DNA from: Octopus sinensis
Lineage: Eukaryota
Direction: 5' to 3'
Assembly (NCBI RefSeq): GCF_006345805.1
Contig: NC_043000.1
Location: forward strand, 164,610,001-164,674,000
DNA: 64,000 bases
Within the stretch, counting starts at the first letter, position 1; each line of letters starts with the position of its first letter. A program made the position numbers and the translations under genes. Shown piece after piece: positions 12,101 to 24,357 of this stretch. The notes under the pieces are model-generated. The model was not told the DNA's origin. It was given only the letters and a program-made list of their open reading frames with translations, and did not search any database.

Positions 12101-14328
12101 CTCATAGCATTGAGATTTTGATGATGTGATAATTTGTTTTTTGAGAATGACATTGTAGGGCAGGTGTGAGAGGCTGGATCTGGTCATTTTGGATGTAAAA
12201 GCAGGTAAAAAAAATATTTGGGCTGGATATAGCCAGTTTAAATGCTACAGGGTTAAGCCTATTGGTATATTGATTTGGTGCAATATAGAAGAGAAAGGAA
12301 AGCAAAAGAAGTATAATGGTAAAAGAAACAACTATGAAATTTAATATTTTGAGTGGTATAGAGAAAGAGAGAGAGAAGCAAGTAAAAGTTGTGATGTTTT
12401 CAAGTGGCTGAGAGAGGAAACGGGCGGTTGTGGTGTTTTGCCTTTTCTTCAAGGGACATTAATAAGTACAAGTAAAATGACTTCAACCAGGATTTGAAAA
12501 CTCAATATGCATATATCAGTAACAGCAACACAACTCATCACATAAGTAACATAGCCACTATTCAATAAGATAACATATACTCCACATAATTTACACCCAA
12601 AACAGCGCAATATTACACAACTTCCCTAGCACAGAATCACACACCTACTGCACACATCATATATATGTCAATGAAGATTAAACATTGAAATAACACCAGT
12701 AAACAAAACGCATCTTGTGACAAAGGGAAGCAGATCTAAGACAATTTTCTACATTCCTAAAGGTCTATGTTGTGTTCAGACTGGGGCACAAAAGCACACA
12801 AAGTTGTGTAAAAGCTTGCATGAAACTTAGGGTAAATTGTTTTCTAACATAGGCATGAGGTCATATATAGTTTTTGTGAGAAGGAATTGTTGACTGCATG
12901 AACCCATTTTATTTTATCAACTCATCCACCCCCATAATAATAGTAATAATAATGTTTCTAACATAGACACAAGGCCTGAAATTTGGAAGCAGAGGTTTAG
13001 TTGATACTACTGGCCACCTCCCACCCAGAAAAGAGAATAAAAGGCAAAGAATTTGAAAGAATATAAAGAGCTGGAAGAAATATCTCAAAGTATTTACTAT
13101 GACTCTCTAATGCTTCTGTCAATTCATTGCCCCTTAATAATTGTTCCTAACTTGTGCACAATGCCTGAAATTTGGGGGAGGGCGGTTAGTCAATTAAATC
13201 AGCTCCAGAGATTTGGTTGCTATTTCTAGCAAGTCAAATGACTATATAGAGTCTCTTATTGGCTTGTGAAACATTTGTTGTTTGTGGTTGCTAGTCAGGA
13301 CTGTATTGGGTATAGAGACCCAATGGATTTTTTAAACTTAAACTATCTAAACAGTATATATGATTATATAGTTTTAACCTTCAGTCAATCCTGATAGAAT
13401 ATATCTGTGAATAAAGCGCATTCCAGCCATAATTATAGCAGTTTTTCTTCTGGAATAGTGTACCTCATAAAGCATTATTTGATGTACCTTTTTATAAACT
13501 GGTTTGAGATTTGCTACTACATCTAGCAAGTCAAGTGACATGGAAATGCTCCTGTAGTGGCTCATGTGTAATGTACATTGGTGATGTGATGTGATTTGAT
13601 GGCTGAATTAATGCAGTTACTGTACCATATAAGGACATGTGCTTGTCATGTCAGTGTATCTCAAATATAGAAGAACAACAGACATTTGCTGGTGTAGGAT
13701 GTACTGAGTGATAAAAGAACTTGCATGTGTACTAAGCAATCCAAAAGGACTGCAAGTAATTAGCAATTTAGCCCAAACCTATTTGATCCCTCTGGGTTAA
13801 GTTGGTGGTTTCCCATACAAATCTTCTACATTATGATGTAACTCTTGTACAAGTGTATACACATAGTGACATACAAATGGGGACAAACATATACATGAGT
13901 ACATGTATATATATATGGGTCTCTTTCAGGTACATGGCTATTCAGGTAGAAATGAACTAGCTGCTTTACATTATCTCTCCATTTTTCTCCTTAACAGAGA
14001 TGGCTTAATACACACACTTGTGCAAGTAAACAAACACACATATATGCACATATGTTCCACCACCCACTTAGCCAATATATTTTATGTAAGGCTGTGTTTG
14101 AATGTATTATCCTTTTACTGACAGACAATCCAAGTCAATGATCTTTTATCTATATATGTCTTTTATCTTTTGTAAGATTCTTTTTCAAATAAAGTTTAGG
14201 CCAATTACATTGACAGGCATAATTTCAGTCCTTAATAATAATCATCATCAATAGAGTTCACCCAAAATGGGAAAGCATAATCCATAGTTGAACATTCAAA
14301 GGCAGTATATGTGACAATGCATACATCT

Positions 14329-14331
<3 letters not shown>

Positions 14332-14404
<73 letters not shown>

Positions 14405-14410
14405 ATATAT

Positions 14411-14448
<38 letters not shown>
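14332..14448. repeat. Compound (CT)n(TA)n microsatellite
   Basis: Direct reading. Confidence 0.95.
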
Positions 14449-16149
14449 GCATAATGCATAATACTTGTGACATTTATAATGTAGATAATTCTATTATGTA
14501 TTTAAAAGCCTTAGCTGAGGAGATTAAGATAATGTGAAAGCATCTTATTGTTTCATGATAACTCTTTTAATACCTACCAACCTGAGACCACCTTTAATAC
14601 TAAATTGCTTGTTTTAAAATGTTCACATCTCAATTAAAACCCTCCATCATAGTTTCATATTAGAGCCTATTGTTCTAAACCCTAGCTGAATATGAAAGCA
14701 ACTAATTTTCAGTAAATAGTTCACTGTATGCTGCAGTGTGAAGAGGAGCCTAATATTTTTGGCCTAACCCTCTCTATCAAAGAAAAAAAAAAGAATGTCA
14801 ATAAGATATTCCTTTCGAATGAAAAAGTTTCCCCGAGACATCAGATTCCTCTCTTCTTAAGGCATATGAATTTATCCAAACTCGTAAATATCACTAATTT
14901 TTACCTATAAAAGACCACCACAAGTTTCATTGTCTCTAATTTCCAGAGAGTATGAATTTAAAAAAATTTATTCTTGTAGAACATAGGCATACTACATATT
15001 GATTTCAAATTTTGGCACAAGGCCAGCAATTGTGGCGAGGGTAAGTCTATTACATCAACTCCAATGCTCAACTGGTTCTTATTTTATCGACCCTGAAAGA
15101 ATGAAAAAAGTCTACCATATATTAGATAGAAAACTGGCCTGTAGCTAACTAGTTAAGAAATACATATTGTCATTGAGTTCACATCTTGTCAAGATTGACT
15201 TTTCATTGTTCTGGTGCCAATAAAATAAAGTATCAATCAAATACTGAGGTTGATTTATCTTTCTCTCAAATTTGTTGTCTCATGCCAATGTCAGAAATCA
15301 TTATCATTGACATCTAAGTTTTAAGTTTAACTCTTAGTAAGAATTTATTTTTCAAACTTATGGTTTGATAAAATCTATACCAGTCAATTATTGATATTAA
15401 TTTAATGACTAACTATTAACTATACTTTCTCTCACAAATATTTGTCGGTTATCTGCATTTGTTAAGAATCATTATTTAATGATCCCTAACCTAGAGACAA
15501 GACTATAGTTATGGTGGGCATAATTTTTTAAAATCAACTTCAGCACTTGGCTGTAAAATTTACCATAGCAGGATTTGAGGTCTGAATGCAAAATAGCTTA
15601 ACTAAATATCACAAACCATTTTGTCCTGTACTTGTTTTACTAATTTGTTTTTTGTTTCATTATCAATAATAAACTTTAAGATAAAAGCAAAAGGTTAGAA
15701 GTTTTAAGAGAAGAAGTTAGTTGAGTATATTAACAGTAGTACTTGACTGGTACTTTATTTTATCAACACAAGAAAGAAGACAAAGTTAACATTAGCAGGA
15801 TTTAAACATAAGTACTTTTGCTACTCTACTTTTTATTGTTATTCATACTAAACATTATTAGTTGTCTGAAATAAAGTACCAAACTAAATGACATGTAGTA
15901 TGTAGTTTTGTCCTCTTTCATGCTGAGTTGAAATCCTGTCAGAGGCTGATGTCATCTTCCATCCTTCTAAGATAAGCACCAAGCATGCTGGCATTACTTT
16001 AGATGGCTGTGTCCCTTTTCTAAAAATTTCTTGACTGTGTGCCAATGTAGAAAATCAGTTTTTAAGTTTTTGTTTTCTTGATGTTTTTGTTATGAGGTAT
16101 TCTTATTGCGACCATAAATTAATAATCTGTTTTATTTCTTCTCTTCCAG

Positions 16150-16718
16150 TTGGCTCTTTTGATGGTTGACACGTTCAAGTCAATATCGGTGAAGCAACTT
16201 TAATGATCTGGTGGTTTTGTTACCTGAGAAACAAAGACCTACACCAAGAACTGGCCTATTCTTTTTTTTCCAACGATCATCTGTTATCCACCAGACTTTA
16301 TTCTTTTGAGCTGACCATCTGTGATAAGTTATTCATAAAAACCTTGAATATTTGTGATAAAATACTGCATTCAATGTTCAACATTCTGCAAGAGTTAATT
16401 CAGACCTTCCTCTTCTTGCAGAATCCTACATTTTTAGTTTCTGTTACCTTTTAGCAGTACTTTCCCATTTGGTTCCTTATTGTTATCTTGGCTTTTCTCC
16501 ACTCCTGTTACTGTTTACATTTAGTCTGTGCATTAATGTATGTTATGCCATAATGGTACGATTTGCTGATTCCACTGGAAGTCCTGCAAAGAATCTAAAT
16601 CAGTCAGCTTACATTCCAACCACATATTATTGCAATGTAGAAACTCCTATACACTATTCTCACTCCTCTCACATAATTGGTACTCATATTGAACGGTAAA
16701 GAAACACATTTATATAGT
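16150..16718 (+). other. Candidate 5' UTR portion of the PI4KB first coding exon
   Basis: Strong acceptor tttatttcttctcttccAG ends at 16149, followed by non-repetitive sequence up to ATG 16719. An alternative acceptor (cttcttgcAG) lies near 16420. Confidence 0.45.
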
Positions 16719-17418
16719 ATGTACAATATGGAAATTTCTCAAGCAGAGTATCCATTTGTAAGCAATGTGGCCAGTGAAGTAGGTGAAAAAATACATGGCC
16801 ACTACCCAACAATACACCAGGAAATAAATGGGGGCATGAAAAATACCTACAGCCAGCAGCTTCTAAATCGCAATATGTGCATTTTGGAAGAGAGCATCAC
16901 TGACAGTCAGGAGTTGTACAGACAAGAAAAGGGAATGGATTCAGCCTTAGTAAATGGTGATAACGACACATTGCCAATTGATGAAGGCTGCAGTGAGTGT
17001 TATGGAAATGCTGGTGATGATCATGAGGACTGGCCAATGGACGAAGAATCTATTCAACTTCGACAGACTCCTGAAGCTATGGATGAAGACAGTGCTGTGA
17101 CTACCTCTGAAACTAACCACATGGACCTTGAAAATGCCAACAATATAAACTCTCTGTATAGCAGCCGGTTGAATTCAAAGGGTTTGAGTTTGAATTTAAA
17201 CTGTACTCCTTCCGAAGAACAAAATGGTTACCCCATAGAGAATGGACATGTTATAGATTCCACTCCCAAGCAGTTATGCAAGTCAAAACACAAAACCAAA
17301 CCACCTCCAGCTAAACACTCATGGTTATTACGACTGTTTGAATCAAAACTTTTCAACATGTCCATTGCTATATCTTACCTTTATAATTCCAAAGAGCCTG
17401 GAGTTCAGATATATATAG
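16719..17418 (+). CDS. PI4KB: PI4KB first coding exon (long acidic N-terminal arm plus start of helical domain)
   Basis: Open frame from ATG 16719, with an in-frame TAA upstream at 16674-16676. It ends ...[37 protein letters not shown], matching the PI4KB helical-domain start (human [34 protein letters not shown]). Donor AG|GTAAGT at 17418/17419, phase 1. ATG 16728 is an alternative start. Confidence 0.93.
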
Positions 17419-20400
17419 GTAAGTACACTTAAAACTATTTTACTTTTCTCTCTTTTTCATTTCATTTGGATTTTTCAAACCCATGCTAATGTCTTGATAT
17501 TGATGAAAATAAAATATGTACAGGTGCACAAACATTGATATGCATACAGAAATACATGTACACACATGTAGGAACACATGCAAGACTATAGGAAACAAAC
17601 ACACCATCATCCATCATCCATCACCGTCTTAATATTAACTTTCCAAGTGAAACTTATTGTTCATCAAGGCAATTTTTCTGTATCCAGAAACCTGTCCTGT
17701 TGCCAACTCTGACTTATTTTCCAGTAAGGTACTATTTCCTCTGGTTTCTCAAATGCTCAATAGTTGGACATTGAGCATTCACTTAGGTGTGAATAGTGAC
17801 ATTGTAGAAATCAGATAGGATTGATGGGTGAATCTAGATAGTCATTACCTTCATTTACTCATTTGTATCTGAGAGGCTGTTTTGTCTCTGGCAAATCTAA
17901 AGTGTCCTTTGTTTCTAGAGTTACATTCATCCCTTTCTTTTCACACAACTGGATGGGAAGAAAAGGACTAGGATAATAGGAATATGGGAGTAACAGAAGA
18001 GAGACAAATAGAGGAGAGAGAGAGAGACAAATAGAGGAGAGAGAGAGAGAGATAGCTACATGATGGTTGTCAATAAGGAGAGTCAATAGAAATAATATGA
18101 CAGGGAAGGTAATTGAGGAGGGAAATTTAGGAGAGGACCAGTGCAATAAGGTGACAGAAGTGAGTAATAGAGGAAAACCAGAGTGATAGGAGCAAGGGTT
18201 TTTTCATGGGAGAAAATGACAGACAGCTATATGATGGTTAGTAGAGAGAGAGAGAGAGTGTGTGTTAAGAGTGATGAATTTTAATAACAAATAACAGAGG
18301 TGAGAGATGGTGATAGTAAGAGAGAGGTGTTGAACATGAACTGATATAATTGATTACCATCTTGTTGCATAGGTGGCATAATAGGAAAGTGTGTGTTATG
18401 TGTAAATAAAAAGGTTCAAATTTAGATTTAAACATTTGAACACCCTTTGTATGCATATATGTGTATTGGTCTTTCTATCTACACACGAACATAGAAACAC
18501 ATACAGAAATGTGTGTGTGTATACATGCACATACAATAATACAAATATATATAGATATAAATGTGCATAGAAATGCATACATATAATTGATAGACACATA
18601 TATATTTGCACAAACACACATGCACCTTCATATGCACGTCGATGTTTGCAAATGCTAACAGGTTTGCGCACCTGTAAAACTATATTTTTTAATAAATGAA
18701 CTGAAGATCCCTAAAATTATAAATTTTAGGGATTTTTTTTGTGTAAAGGTTAAACTTGTCCAAAAGTGAGTTCAACCTTGGCCTGTGATACTCTGGTTGC
18801 ATCCGGCTTACTTCAGCTAATCAGTCTGAATAATGATCTCGGTTGAGTGACTTTCTGATGCACTTTTTATTATGAAGAAGGAGCTGCAGTTGGTTGCACA
18901 GCTCCTCTCCTTATTTGGTTGATATCCCTATTTTTTAGAAAGAATGAAAGACAGTCAACTTTGAGTGGAATTTAACCACGATGTTTGAGATACCAAACTA
19001 AATAGTATAAAGCCTGTTTTGGGGCCCTTTACAAATTTCTACCTCTCTTTAAAGAAACGGGTTTATAGAAGTGTGAATAGAAACTAGTACAACTCTATAA
19101 GCTGCTATATTTGAGGCAAGTCCAGCCATTCATACTCAGCACTGCAGTGCAGAACGCAGTTGTTCAGTAATCCTGCTGATGATAGTCAAACCCATGGTTC
19201 TCATTTCCAACTAGGTGGACTGGGCCTTTAGCAATTAATTACCAGTAACAGGATATGAATTGTAAATCCTTAGTCTGGTAATCTACTACTCTAACAATTC
19301 AGCTAGGCCAAACATTTGTGCCAGTGTGTTAATAGAGGGAGATATAATTCTTTTAGAGCAATCAAAGAAGCTTTTGATCAAGTGACTTTGTTATAAGCTT
19401 TTTGTTGGTGTTTTCAGATCTTGCTTTATATATAGCAGTACATATAGCTTTATATATAGCAGTTCATACTTCAAACGATGCAGCTGTCCTCTCTTGAATG
19501 TAGACAAGTGTTTGGTTCATGGGTATGAACCACACACTTGTTTCATTAGATTTGTCCTTTTTGATGAGCAAGCATCTAAGAGAGAGGAGACTTAATTGAC
19601 TACAATTACATTAAATGAATGAATTAAACATTTTATCTAAGAAGCTGTGAAGAATCTAACCTACATTTCAGTGAAGTTAGTCTGAATTACAATGGGTTTC
19701 TAAGCTACAGTTACAGGTTGAATGATGTGTGAAATCATTGGCAAGAAAAGTTGTGATACAGAAGTCAATCTCTGCTGTTATTGTGATAGAAATATTCTGT
19801 TGTCTGTCATACAAACCTGCTAAACCAGTATTTTTATGTTTATTGTGGTGGTGGTGGTGGTGGTTAGTTGAGGTAGTCGTGGTTGTGTGTGAGTTGAGAT
19901 GGGTTGGAGATGGTGATGTTGTGGTGGTGGTTGTGGCGGTAGTTGTTGTTTAACCCTAGGTCAGTCCTGATTGATGAGATGTATGGATGTATGATCAAAT
20001 GCGTTCTAGCTGTCATTTGCACAAGTTAATTGTTACAACATTTAGCCAAAATATCATTAGTCACTTTATAAACTGAGATTCATTACAGGCGAAGTTTCTA
20101 AATATTACAGAACTAGATTTTGGATTCACTGTCATATTCTTGGTAGATAAATTGTTAATTTTCTCAAGGACTTCCCCAAATGCAGTTATTGAAGAGGTAC
20201 TAGTAAGGCTAAACTAAGTTTATTTCTAAGTCATATCATTGTTGGTGAATAGCCACAAATCTTAATGTCATTGAAATAATGATTTTGCTGGTTCAATTTA
20301 TAAACATGGTATCAGTGGCTAACAATGTTCAAGGGAATGAAACTGATTAGCATGTTTACTTACACTGAACACTTAAGTGTTTATTTTCAGGATTGTCCTT

Positions 20401-20499
20401 GTCAGGAGTGTTTTTATGTTTTATTTAGTGGTGGGAGGAGCCAATTCCTATTTCCTTTATAGGCCCTCTCAGACTCTTGTGAGATTGATGTCATTGGTG

Positions 20500-21020
20500 T
20501 TCTGCTTGGACTTCTTGAGGTTGATTGATAACTGTAGGAAGTATATGAGATGAGTGGGGGTATCAGAAGTTTGTAGTTTTTGGGTGTTTGTATTTAAGTG
20601 ATTTTTTGTGGAATAAGATGTGAGGAAAAATGGCAAGAGGAGGTTTGGTAGTTGCCAAGGTGGAAATGGTTCATTAAAAAAAAAAACCAAGTCAAAAAAA
20701 TGTTATTGTAATAGAGGCTGTTTGAGAGTCTGTGGTTGCAATGTGTTGGTGAGTAAATCATTGCCTGTCAGCAGCAGCATGATTGCTTTGGAGGAAGTGA
20801 TCTTTGATGATTGTTGTGTGTTTGTAACAACAGCATCAGTGTTTCATGTAAGTGTTTAATAAGTACTCTCTTAAGAGTTGCACTAGAGCTTTGTAAAGGG
20901 TCTGCAACTAACCTGAGCTGAATGTTTCAAGCCTGAAGAAGCCTTGTCTTTAGGAGGTAGTTTCAAAGAATGTTATATATGTGAGATTGACATGAAAGGT
21001 GATCAGTTGTGATGCCTAGT
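20500..21020 (-). pseudogene. Possible very degraded LINE remnant (C-terminal, pre-RNase H region)
   Basis: Minus-strand peptides LRLVADPLQSSSATL and PFPPWQLP resemble the LRxxTGAFRTSP and PPW motifs of RNase H-containing LINEs. The match is weak and the frames are disrupted. Confidence 0.3.
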
Positions 21021-22545
21021 TTGTTGGGTTTTTTTTTTCTTGTAGAAATGTTGAGGAATTTAGTTGTATGTTGTTTATGCATAGTGAGGAAGTTGTGTTA
21101 AACTGACTTTGACATTTTCATTATGAAATAATGCTTCAGAGGAAGCTGGTTTCTTTCTTTTGTTTTTGTTCATTATCATCATTTAACGCCTGCTCTCCCT
21201 ACCCACTTTTATTGATTGTAATTGGTGGGAAAAACTTATCCTACAAATGAAGAACTGACTTCAATGCTTGCAACAGAGCAAACTCTGTTAAAGACACTCA
21301 AGGGCCGCCAGGTGGTGGTATTAAACCAGATGGGAGATTATGTCTACTATTCATGAACAGGATTGGTTTCTTATAGACTTCCACATAATTTGCATTGCCT
21401 GTCAAATTTCACTCATAAAGATTTAGTTGACCTAAAGCTATGGCAGAAGGCACTTGCCCAAGGTGCCATGCTATGGGATTGAACTTGAAATAGCTTAGTT
21501 GTGACAGCTACTGATCTAATGTGGATTGCATTCATATTCCACCATGAATTTCACTCAGCTGAAATTTGTTGTTGCATCCAAGCCATATCCTAGCATCTCT
21601 CTCTCTCTCTCTCTCTCTCTAGGCTGGGTATTGGTTGACTGGTTCCTGCTTCTCAACTGTTAAAGAATTGTTAAAGATTGAGGATATTTGGGGTTTAGGG
21701 TATGAGACTGAACGAAGACCACCAATTGTAAGAATGTTGAATTCAAACGATCTAAAAATCAAAATTCTGAGAGCTTGAAAGATCAAATTCTCAGAAAACT
21801 GAATTTTTTAATATTTTGGGGTAAATCATAAAAATCAGCCTTAAAGAAATATTTATGAAGTTTTAAAAGGGACGTTATTCAAAAATCGTTTTGTGATGTA
21901 TTTCCTCTTTATTATGATGTGTCGGAATAACTGCTTATAAGAAAAATGGTAGTTTAAAATGGAGTTATTTGAAAAAAACATACTACATCAGTAAACTATT
22001 TTAGGGAAAAAAAATAAGAGGTAAAATAGTCTGTTTTAAAATGGTGTTTATTAGAGAACCATAACATCTGTTTTTTTATTATGTTGTATCAAAATAACAA
22101 CAGCACACAAGATATGGTGAACGTATTTACTTACAAAATAATGTCTTTTGTAGAAGAAATACAATATTGAAGGCATAAATAGTTTATCAAATACTTCATT
22201 CTTTAAATTCTCTCATTTTAAAATGTTATTTTTTTTTCTTTCAATACAAAACATAAATCAAATGGTTAACCAGTTGAATTTTGATTGACTCAAGCAGTAG
22301 CTTATTTCCCTGTGTCTTCACTCTTTCACTTCTTAATACCAATACATAAAATTTAGTTTTTCAATTGTTTGATTTGTTCATATTTGTTTTAAAAGAAAAG
22401 AAGAAACCTGTTAAATAATGAGAATTCACTCATATCTTTGATATCATATCCTTACAATATACTTCTAATATATTTATTTTATAAGTAAATATGCACACCA
22501 TATCTCATTTGCCTTTGTTATTCTGATGCAACATGATAAAAATAG

Positions 22546-23965
22546 GCACAGGCATGGCTGTGTGGTAAGAAGCTTGCTTTCCAATCACATGGTTCCAGGT
22601 TCATTCCCACTGCATGCACCTTAGGCTAATATCTTTTGCTCTTCCCTCAGGTTGGGTAACCATGTGTCTCCTTTGCAGTAGCACACCTATTTCTGTCCTC
22701 ATTTTTTTCTCTCTCTGGCTGGGTAACCATGTACCTCCCCTACAGTAAGATACCTGTTTCTATCTCTGTTTCACTATAACCGTTCATCTGTCATAATATC
22801 CACTTCTCCAATGCCTCCTCCCCTCTCAAAGTATATTTGTCTTAAAAGTTACAAGGTGATCCTGCCAGAGCTTGTGCCACTTAAGAAACATCCAGTCCAC
22901 ACTTTCAACTGTTGGCATTTAGAAGGGCATCCAGCTGTAAAAACCGTCAAACTGACCTCATCTGTGCTTATGCCACATAAAAAGCATTCAATTCATTCTG
23001 CTGGGCAGTTGGTGTTAGGAAGGACATTCAGCTGTAAAAACCGTCAAACTGACCTCATCTCTGCTTATGCCACATAAAAAGCATTCAATTCATTCTGCTG
23101 GGCAGTTGGTGTTAGGAAGGGCATCCAGCTGTAAAAACCGTCAAACTGACCTCATCTCTGCTTATGCCACATAAAAAGCATTCAATTCATTCTGCTGGGC
23201 AGTTGGTGTTAGGAAGAACATTCAGCTGTAAAAACCCTGCCAAAACAGACACAAAAGCCTAGTGCAGGCTCCTGTCTGGCCAGCTCCTGTCAAACCGTTC
23301 AGTTCATGTCAGCATGGAAGACTGATATCAAACGATGATGATGATGATTGTGTGTGTCTCTGTTTGTCCCCTACTACAGCTTTACAACTGGTGTGTTTAC
23401 ATTCCTGTAACTTAGCAGTTCAGCAACAGAGACTGGTAGAATAAGTACCTGGCTTGAGAAAAAAAAAAAAGTATTCGGATTGATTCATTCCACTAAAAAT
23501 CCTTCAAGGCAGTTCTCCAGCATGGTTGCAGTCTCTCTCCCTCTCTTGGCTGGGTAAATGTCTACCTCCTCTATAGCAAGGCACCTGTTTCTGTCTCTGT
23601 CATACTCTAATCCTTTATCATCTGACTGAAGATCACCTCCTCCCTTCTCAAAATTCCTTGTCTTGCAAGTTACTTAGTTAACCTGCCGGTGCTGGTGCCA
23701 TGTAAAAAGCATCCCATTCACACTGAAGGGGTTGGCATTTAGAAGGGCATCCAGCTGTTAAAATCATGTCAAACTGACCTTGCTTGTGCCACACAAAAAG
23801 CACTCAGTCCACTCTACAGGGTAGTTGGTGTTAGGAAGGGCATCCAGCTGTAAAAACCCTGCCAAAACAGACACAGAAACCTGGTGCAGGCTCCTACCTG
23901 GCCTGCTTCTGTCAAACCATCCAGCCCATGCCAGCATGGAAGATGGACATTAAATGATGATGATG
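22546..23965 (+). mobile_element. Nested SINE cluster: family-A SINE head (22546-22625) and tail (about 23348-23535) split by an RTE-tailed SINE, followed by a second RTE-tailed SINE (about 23530-23965)
   Basis: tRNA-like head ggctgtgtggtaag...ggttca.tcccactg. Two elements have ctctc.tggctgggtaa heads and end in (ATG)n tails at about 23345 and 23963. Confidence 0.75.
22921..23234. repeat. Tandem 97-bp repeat (3 copies plus partial) inside a SINE
   Basis: CCGTCAAACTGACCTCATC recurs at 22944, 23041 and 23138. Confidence 0.95.
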
Positions 23966-24357
23966 AATGGATTCCCTTTTAAAACCATAATTAAATCTCT
24001 TTAAAAAAATTGTCTTTCATTTTATTTTCCACCAAAATATTTCAGAGCTCAGTATTCTGAGCATTTAGTCACAGATAACAAAAATGTTAACTAGTGCACC
24101 TCAACTCTGCATGATTGGACTTGTGGCACAGAAGTAAACAAATCTAATTTATACTGCATCTTTGGCTATTGTATTTCCGTTATCTGTTGTGAACTGGCAT
24201 AAAAATGTGATTGCCTTTTTAAAGCCTGTAGAAGGCTGTAACATTTAGCAATTCATGTAACTACAAGAATGGATTGAACCAATGAGAGAATCTGTTTGTA
24301 GTTGCTCAACTTGCTTGAAATAATGACCAAATCTTCACTGGAGAAATGTATAATAAA

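Noticed and set aside
12102-12452. 116-aa minus ORF as a LINE endonuclease remnant or novel gene
   Set aside because: No diagnostic catalytic motif, splice context or codon signal could be confirmed by eye.
16677-16718. ORF-track start for PI4KB at 16677
   Set aside because: It is a TTG codon; the first ATG in this frame is at 16719.
18707-18733. 12-bp-arm hairpin ATCCCTAAAATT/AATTTTAGGGAT
   Set aside because: It is short and AT-rich with no TSD or associated element, so it is compatible with chance or a tiny repeat relic.
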